From positions 42,091,365 through 42,155,364 of the forward strand of contig NC_090400.1 of NCBI RefSeq assembly GCF_036365525.1: a stretch of DNA of 64,000 nucleotides. The letters are read 5' to 3'. The notes below the pieces were generated by a model, which did no database searches, was not told the DNA's origin, and saw only the letters and a list, made by a program, of their open reading frames with translations. The DNA comes from Heterodontus francisci (lineage: Eukaryota). The position numbers and the translations under genes are program-made. Shown here piece after piece: positions 38,125 through 51,410 of this stretch (positions are counted from its first letter, which is position 1; every line of letters begins with the position of its first letter).

Positions 38125-38830
38125 AGGGCCAGAATTTTACGTTGGGTGAGAGGCAGTGATGTGCCCGCCTCTGCTGGGCCAGGGGAGCCACACCAGGATT
38201 TTTCGCTCCCCAGGCCCCTAATTGGTCTTGGACGGGACTTCCACCTCCTTGAGGCAGGAAGTCCTGCCTAATTGAGCAGTTGGCCAATCAGCGGGCTGAC
38301 AGCTTAGTCCCAGCAGTGCCACTGGGAGTGGTGGCCACTGCTGGGACTGCACCCAGCTTCAGCAGGAAGAGGAAGGACAGCTTCCAAAAGATGGTAAGTT
38401 TCTGGGACCGCGATGGGGACAATCGGCTGGGCCCCAGTGAGGCAAGGGGGTCAGCTGTGGTACCCACTGACCATCCATGTGGGCGAGGACCTCCTTTCTA
38501 TCATGATTCTGTCCACTAACATCTCCAGGGGTGTATCTGAAAATCATGGAGCCCTACTGGAAATCTGTTTGCCCTCACACATCTTCCTGCTGGTCCGGTG
38601 TTGCTACTCAGATTTGGCCACAAAAAAAAAACAAGCTGCTGAAGGTCCTTAACAATCTGCTGCAGCACTTGATTTCCCACCTCCTAGTTGGTGAGCTGAC
38701 TGTGGAGAGTGCATTTTACACTGCTCATCTCAAGCATGCGAATTAGAGAGGACCTGGAAACTGGGATGGGTCCCTCCTTTGGGTAGCCTTTGCACTCGCT
38801 CGATCTATATCCTGCAGGTTTCCCACTGGG
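38125..38830. mobile_element. Probable non-autonomous Harbinger-related element
   Basis: Begins gggccagaattttac, similar to the reverse complement of the Harbinger end near 56030-56048 (ggtccagaatttgac). GC-rich and non-coding. Confidence 0.4.
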
Positions 38831-39359
38831 AGATGAAAAATGTTTGACGGTACTTCACAGAGATATAATCCGACAAGAATGGATACTCAGTGAAGGGAAT
38901 TCATCAAGTTTGACATCACAGCAAGGCAGCAACAATGTAGAAGTATCCGGTTTTATGGTGCTGTTGGCTTTCCCAAAGTGCAGGATGCAATAAATGGCAC
39001 CCATATTTTATGAGCTCCAATGGTTAACCCCATCAATTTCTTGAATACTCAAAGTTGCCCGGATGCATTCATCCCCAATAACTCTAATCACTTTTTCAAA
39101 AAGAGAAAACTAAAAATGGCCAGATCGTCCCTTGTTGCCATGGGTAACGACCCCTCTAAGTGTTGCAAATACAACATAGGAGCAAAGTGGGAAAAAAAAA
39201 AATCACACATCAGCCATATAGTGCAACTCCATAACAGTCAACTTAATGACCCAAGAACTTAGCCACTCAGCGTGCCGCTGCACTCTTTTTAAAAGCTACG
39301 CTCGAATTTCTAAGCAATCCCAGCATAGTACACTCACTCATTTCCCTGAAAAACTACCA

Positions 39360-41425
39360 ATCACAGAATCACAGATTTGTTACAGCACAGAGGGGAAGCC
39401 ATTCGGCCCATCATGTCTGTGCCAGCTTGCCAAAAGAGCAGTTTACTGAGTGCTTCTCCCCGTAGCCCTCCACATTCTTCCTTTTCATATAACAATCCAA
39501 TTCTCTCTTGAATGCCTCGATTGAACTTGCCTCCATCACACTCTCAGGCAGTGTATTCCAGATTCTAAACACTCGCTGAATGAAAAAGTTTTTCATGCCG
39601 CTATTGCTTCTTTTGCCAATTACCTTAAATATGTGCCCTCTTGTTCTTGATCCTTCCACCAAGGGAACAGTTTTTCCCTATCTACCCTGTCCAGATGCCT
39701 CATGATTTAGAATACCTCTATCAAATCTCCTCTCAACCTTCTCATCTTCAAAGAAAACCTCCCTGGATACATTCTCATGAACCTTTTCTGCACTCTCTCC
39801 AATGCTTTCACACCTTTCCTAAAGTGTGGCATGCAGAACTGGACACGATACTCCAGTTGAGGCCAAACCAGTGCTCTGCACATGTTTAATAAAACTTACT
39901 TGCTTTTGTACACTGTGACCCTATTAATGAAGCCTAGGATGCTGTATGCTCTATTAACCACTCTCTCAACCTGTCCTGCCACCTTCAATGATCCATGAAC
40001 ACACGCACCCAGGTCACTCTGCTCCTGCACCCACTTTAGAATTGCACCCTTTATTTTATATTGTCTCTTCGCGTTCTACCTACCAAAATGAATCACGTCA
40101 TGCTTCTCTGCATTAAATTTCATCTGCCACTTGTCTGCCCATTCCACTAACCTGCCTATGCCCTTTTGACGTTTTACAGTATCCTCACTATTGCCAATGT
40201 TTACAAGTTTTATATCATCCGGAAATTTTGAAATTGTGCCCTGTACACGAAGGTCTAGATCATTAATATTTATCAGGGACAGCAAGGTTCCTAACACCGA
40301 CCATTGGGGAACTCCACTACAAACCATCCTCCAGTTCGAAAAACATCCATTAACCATTACCCTCTGTTTCTTGTCACTCAGCCAATTTCATATCCATGTT
40401 GGTACTGTCCCTTTTATCCCATGAGTTATAAGTTTGCCTGCAAGTCTGTTGTGTGACACTTTATCAAATGCTTTTTGGAAGACCATGTACACCACATCAA
40501 TAGCATTACCTGATCAACCTTCTCATTTACCCCATCAAAAAACTCCAGCAAGTTAGCTAAACACAATTTACCCTTCACAAATCTGTGCTAGCTTTCCCTA
40601 ATTAACCTGCATTTGACCAAGTGACCATTAATTTTGTCCTGAATTATTGTTTGTAGAAGCTTCCCGACCACCGAGGTTAAACTGACTGGTCTGTAGCTGT
40701 TGAGCTTATCTTTACACCCTTTTTTGAACAAGTGTGTAACATTTACTATTCTCCAGTCTTCTGGCACCATCCCTGAATCTAAGGAAGACTGGAAAATTAT
40801 GGTCAGTCTCTCCACAATTTCCACTCTCACTTCCCTCATTATCCTTGGACGCATTGCATCTGGTCCTTATCAACTTTAATTACAGAGGTCTGAATTACCT
40901 CCTTTTTCACCATGACCTGCGCAGCATTTCCTTCCTTGGTAAAGACAGATGCAAAGTATTCATTTACTATCTCAGCCATGCCCCCTGCCTCCATGTGTAA
41001 ATCTCCTTTTTGGTCCCTAATCAGCTCCACTCCTCCTTCCACTACCCTTTTACTATTAGATTGCCCATGGAAAATTTTTGGATTCCCTTTTATATTAGCA
41101 GCCTGTCTCTTTTCATACTCTCTCTTTGCCTCTCTTTTTTGCTTTATCACTTTCCCTCTGAACCTTCTATATTCCTCCCGGTTCTCGGTTATGTTGCGAC
41201 CTGCCATCTGTCATAAGCACACTTTTTCTTCTTCATCTTAATTGCTATGGCTTTCATCATCCGGGAGCTCTGGATTCATTTGCCCTACCTTTTCCCTTTG
41301 GTGGGAACATATCTTGACTATGCCAGAACAATCTCTTCTTTAAAGGCAGCCCATTGTTCAGTTACCGTTTTGCCTGCTAACCTTTGATATCAATTTATCT
41401 GCGTCAGATCCATTCTTACTGCAGT
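39360..41425 (-). mobile_element. Degraded CR1 LINE
   Basis: - strand ORFs VPEDWRIVNVTHLFKKG...YRPVSLTSVVGKLL and SGVPQWSVLG; tail at 39360-39420. Confidence 0.88.
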
Positions 41426-41556
41426 GATGAAGGGTCATTGACCTGAAACGTTAACTCTGCTTCTCTCTCCACAGATGCTGCCAGATCTGAGTATTTCCAG
41501 CATCTCTTGTTTTTATTTCAGATTTCCAGCATCTGCAGTATTTTGCTTTCATTTTA
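41425..41556 (+). mobile_element. Single-arm Penelope-derived short element
   Basis: tgatgaagggtcattgacctgaaacgttaactctgcttctctctccacagatgctgcc...gcagtattttgcttt. Confidence 0.75.
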
Positions 41557-41639
41557 CCAAAAATATCTAAATGGTTTCCAACAAAAAAAATTGTTGAGTG
41601 ATTTGACCATGAGAGGTTTCAAAGCACTATCCTCCCTTC

Positions 41640-44600
41640 ATAGAATCATCGAAGGTTTAAGGCACAGAAAGAGACCACTTGGCATATCGTGTCTTTGCCG
41701 GCCAATAAACCATCCACCTATTCTAATCCCACCTTCCAGCATTTGGTCCGTAGCCCTGCAGATTACAGCATTTGAGGTGCATATCCGGACTCCTTTTGAA
41801 TGAGTTGAGGGTCTCTGCCTCAACTACCCTTTCCGGCAGTGAGTTCCAGACCCCCACCACCCTCTAGGTGAAAAAGTTTTCCCTCATCTCCCCTCTAACT
41901 TTTCTACCAATCACTTTAAATCTATGCCCCCTCGTCACTGACCTCTCTGCTAAGGCGAATAACCCCTTCACTCCACTCTATCCAGGCCCCTTAAAATTTT
42001 GTACATTTCAATCAGATCTCCCCTCAGCCTGCTCTGTTCCAAGGAGAACAACCCCAGCCTATCCAATCCTTACTCATAGCTGCATTTTTTCAGTCCTGGC
42101 AACATCCTTATAAATCTCCTCTGTACCCTCTCTAGTGCAATTACATCCTTTCTGTAATGAGGTGACCAGAACTACACACAGCACTCAAGTTGTGGCCTAA
42201 CCAATGAGTTATACAGTTCCAGCATAACCTCATTGCTCTTATATTCTATACCTCGGCTAATAAAGGAAAGGATTCCATATGCCTTCTTAACCACCTTATC
42301 GACCTGACCTGCTACCTTCAGGGATCTGTGGACATTTGCTCCAAGGTCTCTCGCTTCCTCTACACCTCTCAGTATTTTCCCATTAATCGTGTATTCCTTT
42401 GCTTTGTTTGACCTCCCCAGATGAATCACCTCACACTTCTCCAGGTTGAATTCCATTTGCCACTTTCTGCACATCTGATCAGACCATCAACATCTTCCTG
42501 CAGTCTACAGCTACCCTCCTCACTATCTACCACACGGCCAATCTTTGTGTCATCTGTAAACTTCTTGATCATGCCCCCTACATTTACATCCAAATTGTTA
42601 ATATATACCACAAAAAGCAGGCGACCCAGTACTGAGCCCTGCGGAACACCACTGGAACCAGCCCTCCTGTCGCTAAAACACCCGTCAACAATTACCCTTT
42701 GTTTCCTGCCACTGAGCCAATTTTGTATCCACCTTGCTGCATTTCCCTGGATCCCATGGGATTTTATTTTTTTAACCAGCCTGCCATGTGGGACCTTGTC
42801 AAAAGCCTTGCTAAGATCCATGTAGACCACATCAACTGCACTACCCTCATCTATCTTCCTTGTTACTTCTTCAAAAATTTCAATCAATTTGGTCAAACAA
42901 AATCTTCCCTTAACAAATCCATGCTGACTATCCTTGATTAACCTGTGCCTTTCTAAGTGACAGTTTATCCTGTCTCTCAGAATAGATTCCAATTATTTGC
43001 CCACTACTGAGGTTAGTCTGACTGGCCTGTAATTATTTGGTCTATCCTTCGCTCCTAAACAGAGGTACAACATTAGCAGTCCTCCGACACCACACCTTTA
43101 GCCAATGAGGACTGGAAAATGACGGTCAGACCTTCTGCTAATTCCTCTCTTGCTTCTTTTAACAGCCTAGGGTACATTTCATCTGGCCCTGGTGATTTAT
43201 CAACTTTTAAGGATGCTAATCCCATTAATACTTCCTCACTCCCTATGTTTATCACATCCAATACTTCACACTCCTCCTCCTTAACTACAATATCTGCATC
43301 ATCTCCCTCTTTTGTGAAGACAGACACAAAGCAGTCATTAAGAACCATACCAAAATCTTCTGCCCCTACACATAGGTTACCTTTTTGGTCTTTAGGGGAC
43401 CTATTCTTTCCTTAGTTATCCTCTTACTCTTAATGTATTGATAAAACATCTTTGGGTTCACCTTGATTTTGCTTGCCAATATTCTTTCATGCCCTCTCTT
43501 TGCTTTCCTAATTTCCTTTTTGATTTCACCCCTCCACTTTCTATACTCCTCTCGGCTTTCTGTAGTATTGAGTTCTCGGTGTTGGACATAAGCTTTCCTT
43601 GTCTGCCTTATCTTACCCTGTAAGCTTCTTGACATCCATGGGGCTCTAGATTTGGCTGTCCCACCCTTTTTCTTTGTGGGAACATGTTTACTCTGAACCC
43701 CTTGAATCTCCCCTTTGTCTGCCTCCCACTGTTCTGACACTGATTCATCTTCAAGTAGCTATTTCCAGTTCACTTTCACTGAATCACTACTCAGATTAGT
43801 AAAATTGGCCTTGCCCCAATTGTGAACTCTAACTCCTGTTCTATCTCTGTCCTTTTCCATAACTATGTTAAAATTGAATGAATTATGATCACTACCACCA
43901 AAATGCTCTCCCACTGCCACTCCTTCCACCTGCCCATTTTCATTTCCTAAAACTGCTCCGTCTCTTATTGGACTTGCTACATACTGGCCAATAAAGTTCT
44001 CCTGAATGCACCTCAAGAATTCTGCTCCCTCAATTCCTTTCACACGAAAACTATCCCAGTTAAAATCCCCTACTATTACTGCCCTGTTGTTCTTGCACTT
44101 CTCAGAGATTTGCCTACATATTTGCTCTTCTATCTCCCTCTGACTGTTTGGGGGTCTATAGTATACTCCCAGCAGTGTGATTGCCCCTTTTTTGTTCCTT
44201 AGCTCAATCCATATGGCCTCATTTGATGAACCTTCCAACATATCATCCCTCCTCAAAGCTGTAATAGTTTCCTTGACATAAAATTGCCACTCCCCCTCCT
44301 TTCTTATCCCCCTCCCTATCGCGTCTGAAAACCCTGTAACCAGGAACGCTGAGCTGCCATTCCTGTCCCTCCTGAAGCCATGTTTCTGTAATAGCTATGA
44401 TATCATACAGCCACGTCTATCTGTGCCCTCAGCTCATCTGCTTTATTTTCTATACTCCTTGCATTGAAGTCGATACCCTTGAGCACTGCAAACTCTTTTT
44501 ATTTTCTAACCTTTGTTTCCTCTGTCTTTCAGACTCATCCATTAAGTTTCTGCTTTCCATTTTCATTTCTGATTTTGTCCCGACTGAGTCTACCCTCAGG

Positions 44601-44960
44601 TTCCCATCCTCCTGCCAAACTAGTTTAAACGTTCCCCAACAGCACTAGCAAAATGTCCCGCAAGGAACTCAGTCCCGGCTCTGTTCAGGTGCAACCTGTC
44701 CGGCCTGTACAGGTCCCAACGTCCCAGGAATCTAAAGCCCTCCCTCCTGCACCATCTTTCCAGCCACGCATTCATCTGTCTTAACCTTCTATTTCTATAC
44801 TCACGCACGTGGCACTGGGAATATTCCAGAGATTACTACTTTTGAGGTCCTGCTTACTAACTTCTTACCTAGCTCCCTACATTCTGAGTGCAGGACCACA
44901 TCCCTCTACCTATGTTGTTGGTTCCGATGTGGACCACGACAGCTGCCTGTTCACCCTCCC
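41640..44960 (-). mobile_element. Long CR1 LINE including the ORF1 esterase (SGNH-like) end and degraded ORF2
   Basis: ORF1 VVVHIGTNN (about 44940-44915) and MNAWLERWCRREGFRFLG...DRLHLNRAG; endonuclease YRPPNS/GDFN/SDHN; RT YMDLSKAFDKVPH. Confidence 0.9.
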
Positions 44961-45229
44961 CATCTTGGCCCATGCGTACCTCCAACCAGGGCTATGGGAA
45001 AGGAAGGAGGAGTAGAAGCCCTAACTGTTTCTTTCCTTCCGAACCTCGGGCCACTGATGCTAATTGTACCCCCACTGCCACTTATGAAAAGTGCACTCTT
45101 TGGGTGGGGGGAGGAGGACCTTCCACTGAATGCATGGCTCTTTCAACTTATGGGAGCGTCCTTCAACACCAATCAAAATAAGATGATGAAATAAATACAT
45201 TTTAAACGTTTGCAATAGCCTTATTTTTG

Positions 45230-45666
45230 TCGACCGTACAACTCATTACGGGGATGGAGCGCTTCCGGTGTTGAAATAGAATAGAGGAGGGGTGTCTTTA
45301 AAGAGAGGCATAAAAATGCTGCAGCCTTTGTACAAGCGCCACGCATTCTGCTGACAGGGTGTGTCACAGAGTGTTGCATTTTTCTCTTTGCCATTTGAAA
45401 TAAATGACAAGATGCAACCCCAATGCCAAGGAAAGGCGTGGACCGTGGTCCCAACACCGCACTTAAACAGACGCCGCAGCCTCCTCAGAGAGATCCCAGG
45501 CTGAGACCAGCCTCTTGCCTGTCGACTGGCTAGAGTTGTCTCTGTTTCCGGTTTCCGGTTATTTATTTAAGAAACTGCAGCCATTTTCACTCATCGCGAA
45601 TCCTTAAAGTTGTAGAAATTAGTCTCTGCTGGAGAAGGGAACTTTTCTTGTTTCTCTTTGCGCAGA
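45230..45666 (+). promoter_or_regulatory. BLMH: CpG-enriched BLMH promoter/5' UTR with ETS motifs
   Basis: Local CpG enrichment, CTTCCGG at 45262, tandem TTTCCGGTTTCCGG at 45545-45558, directly upstream of the first coding exon. Confidence 0.65.
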
Positions 45667-45676
45667 ATGGCAGCGG
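45667..45676 (+). CDS. BLMH: BLMH coding exon 1 (MAA-G)
   Basis: AGAATGG Kozak context; ATG GCA GCG G|GTAAGA phase-1 donor fits exon 2. Mammalian BLMH also has a very short first coding exon (MSSS-G). Confidence 0.75.
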
Positions 45677-46204
45677 GTAAGAACCTTCTCCCTCCCCCTC
45701 TCTGCAGCCTGCCTGTGTTAATGATTGTTGATTGTGCTGACTAGAGCTGAGCCAACCTTTTGTGACACTTGAGTGACAATGCAGGAGCTCCCTGTCTGTG
45801 TCGGTGGCAGCTTCTCCTGTGCTCGCCCGGTCCCCAGTCTGAGTGAACGTGTAGCTTCGCTGCAAATGGGGTTTGGGTAGAGCTCAGTGAATGCTGAGGC
45901 AGATTTAAGGCCTGCAGCCAGCAAGCGTATGTACCAGTTCAGGGATTACGGATCTCCTTTTGTACTGAACTTCCAATTAACTCCAAAACGCTGTTGCCTC
46001 TTGAAGCTGCACTGCTCACATTTTGTAAGGAGCAATGTTAACTGCAAAGGAATAAGAATTGAAAATAAGTTGAACAAAGGGGGATGAAATACATTTTTGA
46101 TTGGATAATGTTTCCTTCAGATTGTCTGTTTGCAAGATTTGTATTGCCAGTCTCTGTGCACCTGAAAATTGAGTGGGATGCAAGTTTCCCCCCCCGCCAA
46201 AAAA

Positions 46205-46485
46205 AAACTTTCTTTAAATTTTTAAAAATATATTACATAACTGTTCAAATTTAACATTATACAAAGTGCCAGATTAGTTTCTTTCACTACAATTGCTTTT
46301 ACTGGTTATATTTACAATTACATTTACATTCTATGTTAAACATTCTCTGTTGCATACAGCCCGAGGGGTTTTACACTGGTTCCAGTCCCACGGTATACTA
46401 TGGCAAGGGGGGCCTTACGCAGTGTCCTTTCCCCACTGAGCCTTTGCGGCAGCTGTCTCAAACTTCAGTGCCATCCCTCAGCACA
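46205..46485 (-). mobile_element. Tx1-like LINE 3' end
   Basis: gcatacagcccgaggggttttacac...ttccccactgagcct is shared with 37438-37560. Confidence 0.7.
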
Positions 46486-46819
46486 TGGGAATGTGCCAGT
46501 GTGCAATACTCGGTCATTGACGCCTCTTTGCACTGGAAGAGCAGTGGCAAACTGATCTGACATGTGATTGTTGGGTAGAAGGCAGGAGCGTGGAGTATTC
46601 TCTTCAATTTAGCTCTCTGGATAGTGCATATCAATCAGGCCTGATTTTTCCAGTGGAAGTAACAGTGAGGCCAAAGAGGGTAAGCATGGAAATCAGGAAG
46701 TTGCTGTCCAAGATGCCCTGCTCCTCCAGAAGCTGCAGTCTAACCGGGTATCTTGCTGAGAAACTGGGCATTTGGATACATTTGAACGATGTGATGTTGC
46801 GGTACTTATGTAACCTATA

Positions 46820-47530
46820 CATAAGGCCAAGAGTGTGTGGGAAAATGGCGCACTGACACGGAACACAAATCCGAGTGTATCAGGCCCAGGCCTGTGTCCT
46901 CAGTACCTTGTTCTATGGCAGCGAGGCCTGGACAACGTATGTCAGCCAAGAGCGACGTCTCAATTCATTCCATCTTTGCTGTCTCCGGAGAATCCTTGGC
47001 ATCAGATGGCAGGACCGTATCTCCAACACAGAAGTCCTCGAGGCAGCCAACATCCCCAGCTTATACACCCTACTGAGTCAGTGGTGCTTGAGATGGTTTG
47101 ACCATGTGAGCCGCATGGAAGATGGGAGGATCCCCAAGGACACATTGTACAGCGAGCTCGTCACTGGTATCAGACCCACCGGCCGTCCATGTCTCCGCTT
47201 TAAAGACGTCTGCAAACGCGACATGAAGTCCTGTAACATTGATCACAAGTCGTGGGAGTCAGTTGCCAGCGATCGCCAGAGCTGGCGGGCAGCCATAAAG
47301 GCGGGGCTAAAGTGTGGCGAGTCGAAGAGACTTAGCAGTTGGCAGGAAAAAAGACAGAAGCGCAAGGGGAGAGCCAAGTGTGTAACAGCCCCGACAAACA
47401 ATTTCTTCTGCAGCACCCGTGGAAGAGCCTGTCACTCTAATATTGGTCTCCAGGCGTTGCTCCACAAACCACTGACCACCTCCAGGCGCTTACCCATTGT
47501 CTCTCGAGACAAGGAGGCCAAAGAAGGAGA
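46820..47530 (+). mobile_element. RTE (BovB-like) 3' fragment
   Basis: ORF 46875-47558 ACVLSTLFYGSEAWTTY...RFKDVCKRDMK. Confidence 0.9.
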
Positions 47531-48200
47531 ACTCAATAAACTCACCAGAGTATGTTAGGGCTTGTCTATTCCAATATAAGTAAACGTCTAACAGTGTTAT
47601 AAGTGTTAATTATTACCAAACAATTTCTCTTGGCACTGAACATTACCTTTGACAAGTGTGGAGTCTCATTCATTCAGATTTTAATGATTGGAGATTTTGG
47701 AAAAACTTACTTTTTCTGTCTCTCATTTCTCTCTCTCTAAAGCTATATTTTCCCCCTCTTTTTGTTTTGCTTTCTGTACCTGATTTGACATTGAATTAAC
47801 TACTCTAATTTACACTTCCTAGTTCAGACTCTAATGCTTCACCACTCTGGTTAAAAGGATATGCAATTGCTTGCCCTATTCACGCAGGTTCCAGAACCTC
47901 TGTGGAGGGTGCTGATTGTTTTGGCTCTCTAATTTACAGTCAGTTTCATTGTAAAAACTCATAAAAAGTCTTTGGCCAAGTGTAACGAATGGCTGGCGCC
48001 ATCTGTTTGCTGCTGATTGGCCCAATCTCCAGGCTGAAGGAACCAATGGAGCTGGTAGACAGATGTGAACACTACATCTGTTTTATTTTCTTCAAAAAAG
48101 GCACCTGCAGTGGAACAAAAATCGTGCCTCTCCATGTTCTTGAAGTTAACTCTTTGAAACAGAGAAGCTAAGTTTCTCTGCAACTAAACTAGTTGCTGGG

Positions 48201-48353
48201 CAATGTTCCCTGTAAACTTGTATTGTGCACTGCGAGTGTTCTCGCCCATAAATTTATTTTCTTGCATGTAGTATTTAGCACTGAACAAAGCCTACACGTT
48301 ACCTTCCAGGCTGCTTCACGGCTGTGCATATATGCAACTTAGCAGGAACATTG
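48201..48353. mobile_element. Small MITE with terminal inverted repeats
   Basis: 5' CAATGTTCCctgtaa and 3' ttagcaGGAACATTG form an imperfect 15-bp TIR. Confidence 0.6.
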
Positions 48354-49814
48354 TTATATTTGATGACTTATAGTAGTTATAAACTATTTTGTGAACTTTG
48401 ATAAAATAAATACAATACTAGCAACTACTTCCTTACCTTCTTAACATTCAGATATTCCTTGCACAACCGTCTTTGCCACTAGTTTCATATCGATAATTAT
48501 TGGTAAATGATATAGTTAACACTGACTCTCATTAGATTCTCAACATGCCACACAATGAATTACTTTTTGAAGTGAAGTAGCTGCTATATATTTCCAAAGT
48601 CTGTCTGTCTTTAATGTTAAGTCACTTGAGGCCACAGTGACCTGCAGTGAGTTACTGCTGGCCATGAGGTGATGTCTCGTGTCATTTGATTCTGAGCTCT
48701 TTGCTTAATTTTCTAGGGTTAAAGCTATTTTACCAACCCTCTCCTGCCCTCCCGTAGATGAATTCTAAAATATGGGAGGAAAGTTTGGAATATCCACTGC
48801 AAATGTGTTCGCTTTTCTCTGGCATATGGAACATGTCACCACCTCTCCGTAGCACTCAACAGCAGACACCTAGACTATACATACCTTCAGTTGTTGGTGT
48901 TGTGTGCAGACAGATGAGTGATGTTTCTTTGGGGGAGGAGGCACTGAGGCTCTAGCTGATGATGTACAGCAATGATTTTATAATGTAGCTGGGGTAATTT
49001 TGAAAGAGACTGGTCCTGGTGAGCAGTCCTGCTGGGTGAGACAATGGGTTTAAGATAAGGCTATAGCCTGATTCTGCAACCTTCTGCTTGCACCTAGCAA
49101 GGTCGCAAGCTTCACTGAATTGTCCCTTTTATACTTTATGATGACACTTGCATTTATTTACTTGAAATGTGTTATTTATTCATTCCAAAAGCTGTTGCTA
49201 ATTAAACCTAAAGTTTTCTGATTACAAACATCTGTTTTATTTACTGTTTTCCCTCACCCCACTTAAAAAAAAAACCTGACATCTTGTTTTTTTAACCTGA
49301 TTTCAGGTTCCTGATAAAATCATATAATCAGATGGCCAAGTTATGTTGCATTTAGGTATTAGACGGACATTAGATTAGATACGAGCTAGAGTTGATCTAT
49401 ATATGGATACAAATAAGATCACCCAGGGTAGAGTTTTTTCTGCCAGAAACATATAATGAAAATTGGGGAACTGTTGGAAAATCCTGCATGGCTCACTAAT
49501 CTCCTTATCCAAACTTCCCTATATGCATTCCTTCTGGGCGTAGGTCTGTGCTAGAGGTTTAAAATTGCAAAACAAAACCTAAGCATGATTTAAGCATCCT
49601 ATCCAGTAACTGATTTATCTTATTCAAGAACAGTTCAAAATCACTGCTTGTGCAATCTTAACATCACTTTCATAATGTAGCTCCGTACTGGCTAGAATTA
49701 GATGACCGAATATAATGCAATAAACCCGATGCGTGTTAACGAGTGTTGGAAACCATCAGATGCAATTGTTTGCAAGACATTAAGTTTAGCTGTTACTTTT
49801 GCTTATTGTGATAG

Positions 49815-50012
49815 GTCTTTGTCTGGAGAAAGTGGCGGCTTTCACCAAAAACTTCAAGGCTGTGCTACATTACAACTTTGCCCAGAATGTAGCAACCAGT
49901 GGTGACCTTCTACAAGCTTACCTTCACCGACAAGTTGTTCAGGAAACGTCGCAGGAATTCGAACATGCCATCCCTGCAGAAGGAAAGCCAGTTACAAACC
50001 AGAAAAGTTCAG
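49815..50012 (+). CDS. BLMH: BLMH (bleomycin hydrolase, peptidase C1B) coding exon 2
   Basis: GLCLEKVAAF...AQNVATSGDLL...FEHAIPAEGKPVTNQKSSG matches human GLNSEKVAAL...AQNVGTTHDLL...FQHAVPQEGKPITNQKSSG as recalled. 198 nt, AG/GT boundaries, phase 1-1. Confidence 0.93.
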
Positions 50013-51179
50013 GTAATGGCCATCCAGTGAACTATTCCGAATTAGTCAAAAGCTGTGACCACAACATTTAGTTTGGAACGTTGATATTATGCCAAATAAA
50101 TGCTTAATTATAGCAGTGATTTGATATTTGCCTTTAGTATTTCTTGAGTAATGCTAACTTCAATGTTTGTCACCCTAATTTTTTGGAATTCACCCTGTTT
50201 ACAATGTGGGAAGGAATTTCAAGGTCAGGATTGTGACTTTCGTTTGATGGGATTAGACATTCTGCAGCTACAAGCAAAAAAAAATGCTTAGCAGCCAGCA
50301 ACAAAACTGCTGCCTCCAACCAAGGAGCTGACCAGAAGCCTGCAGCAAGAAGGAAGACCCCAGGTGGCCCCAGGGTTCAGTGATGCCTCCCTTGTAGGTT
50401 GTCCTGCAGGCTGTGAGGGCAAGGCAGGAGGTCCTCTTCACAAGGGACATGAAGAGGAGACTGGCTGACCAGACCAAGCAAACCTGGACAGAGATGGTAG
50501 AGGAGGTCAGCAGTCGTGGGGTGACCTCCCCTCCCCCGAATCTGTATACAGTGCTGCAAGCACAGCAGTGACCTCCTTCGTCCACCAAGGTAAGTACTCC
50601 AAATCTCTTTTCCCTTTGGGGCTTGCATGGGGCAATGCGAGAGGGTACACTTGGTGAGAGGGAGTGACTACCCAGTTGGTGGCAAGGTGGCAGGAAGCAG
50701 CATATCCTGTCAGAGGCATGACTGCATCTCGGTGAGAGGCGCCAGTCGTTACTGCTGACCGTCACTAGGTCACTCGATAGTGGCCGTATGCAGGTGGCAT
50801 TCATGTGCCCCCATCATGGACCACTGGGCTGCCACCAGCAAAGGTGTTGTGCTTGTATCTATGGAGAAATTAATGGTCTTCCTTCTTGTGCTTGTAGGAG
50901 AGGATGGCACACAACAGTAAACAAAGGGCCAAGACTGATGGAGAGGTACCATACCTTCATATCCTGACCCCCATGGAGGAGGAAGCCTTGGAAATGGCAG
51001 GGCACCAGGGCAGCCGCATGATTGATGTTGGCGAGACAGGAGGGCCCACCCAAGAAAGCGAATGAACGAGTGCACAAAGATGCATCTGGCACACACCAGG
51101 CATAGTGCTCACGGGTCCACAACTGGACACCTGGAGCTCCACAGCAGGCAGAGATGGGATGAGGAAATGAAAAGCCCTT

Positions 51180-51410
51180 TATTTATTTTATTTAGAGATA
51201 CAGCACTGAAACAGGCCCTTCGGCCCACCGAGTCTGTGTCGACCATCAACCACCCATTTATAGTAATCCTACAAGTCTTTGGCTGTGGGAGGAAACCGGA
51301 GCACCCGGCGAAAACCCACACGGTCACAGGGAGAACTTGCAAACTCCGCACAGGCAGTACCCAGAACTGAACCCGGGTCGCTGGAGCTGTGAGGCTGCGG
51401 TGCTAACCCT
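51180..51410 (-). mobile_element. HE1/V-SINE-like SINE (internally deleted)
   Basis: Same family as 29120-29458, lacking the internal segment. Confidence 0.85.
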
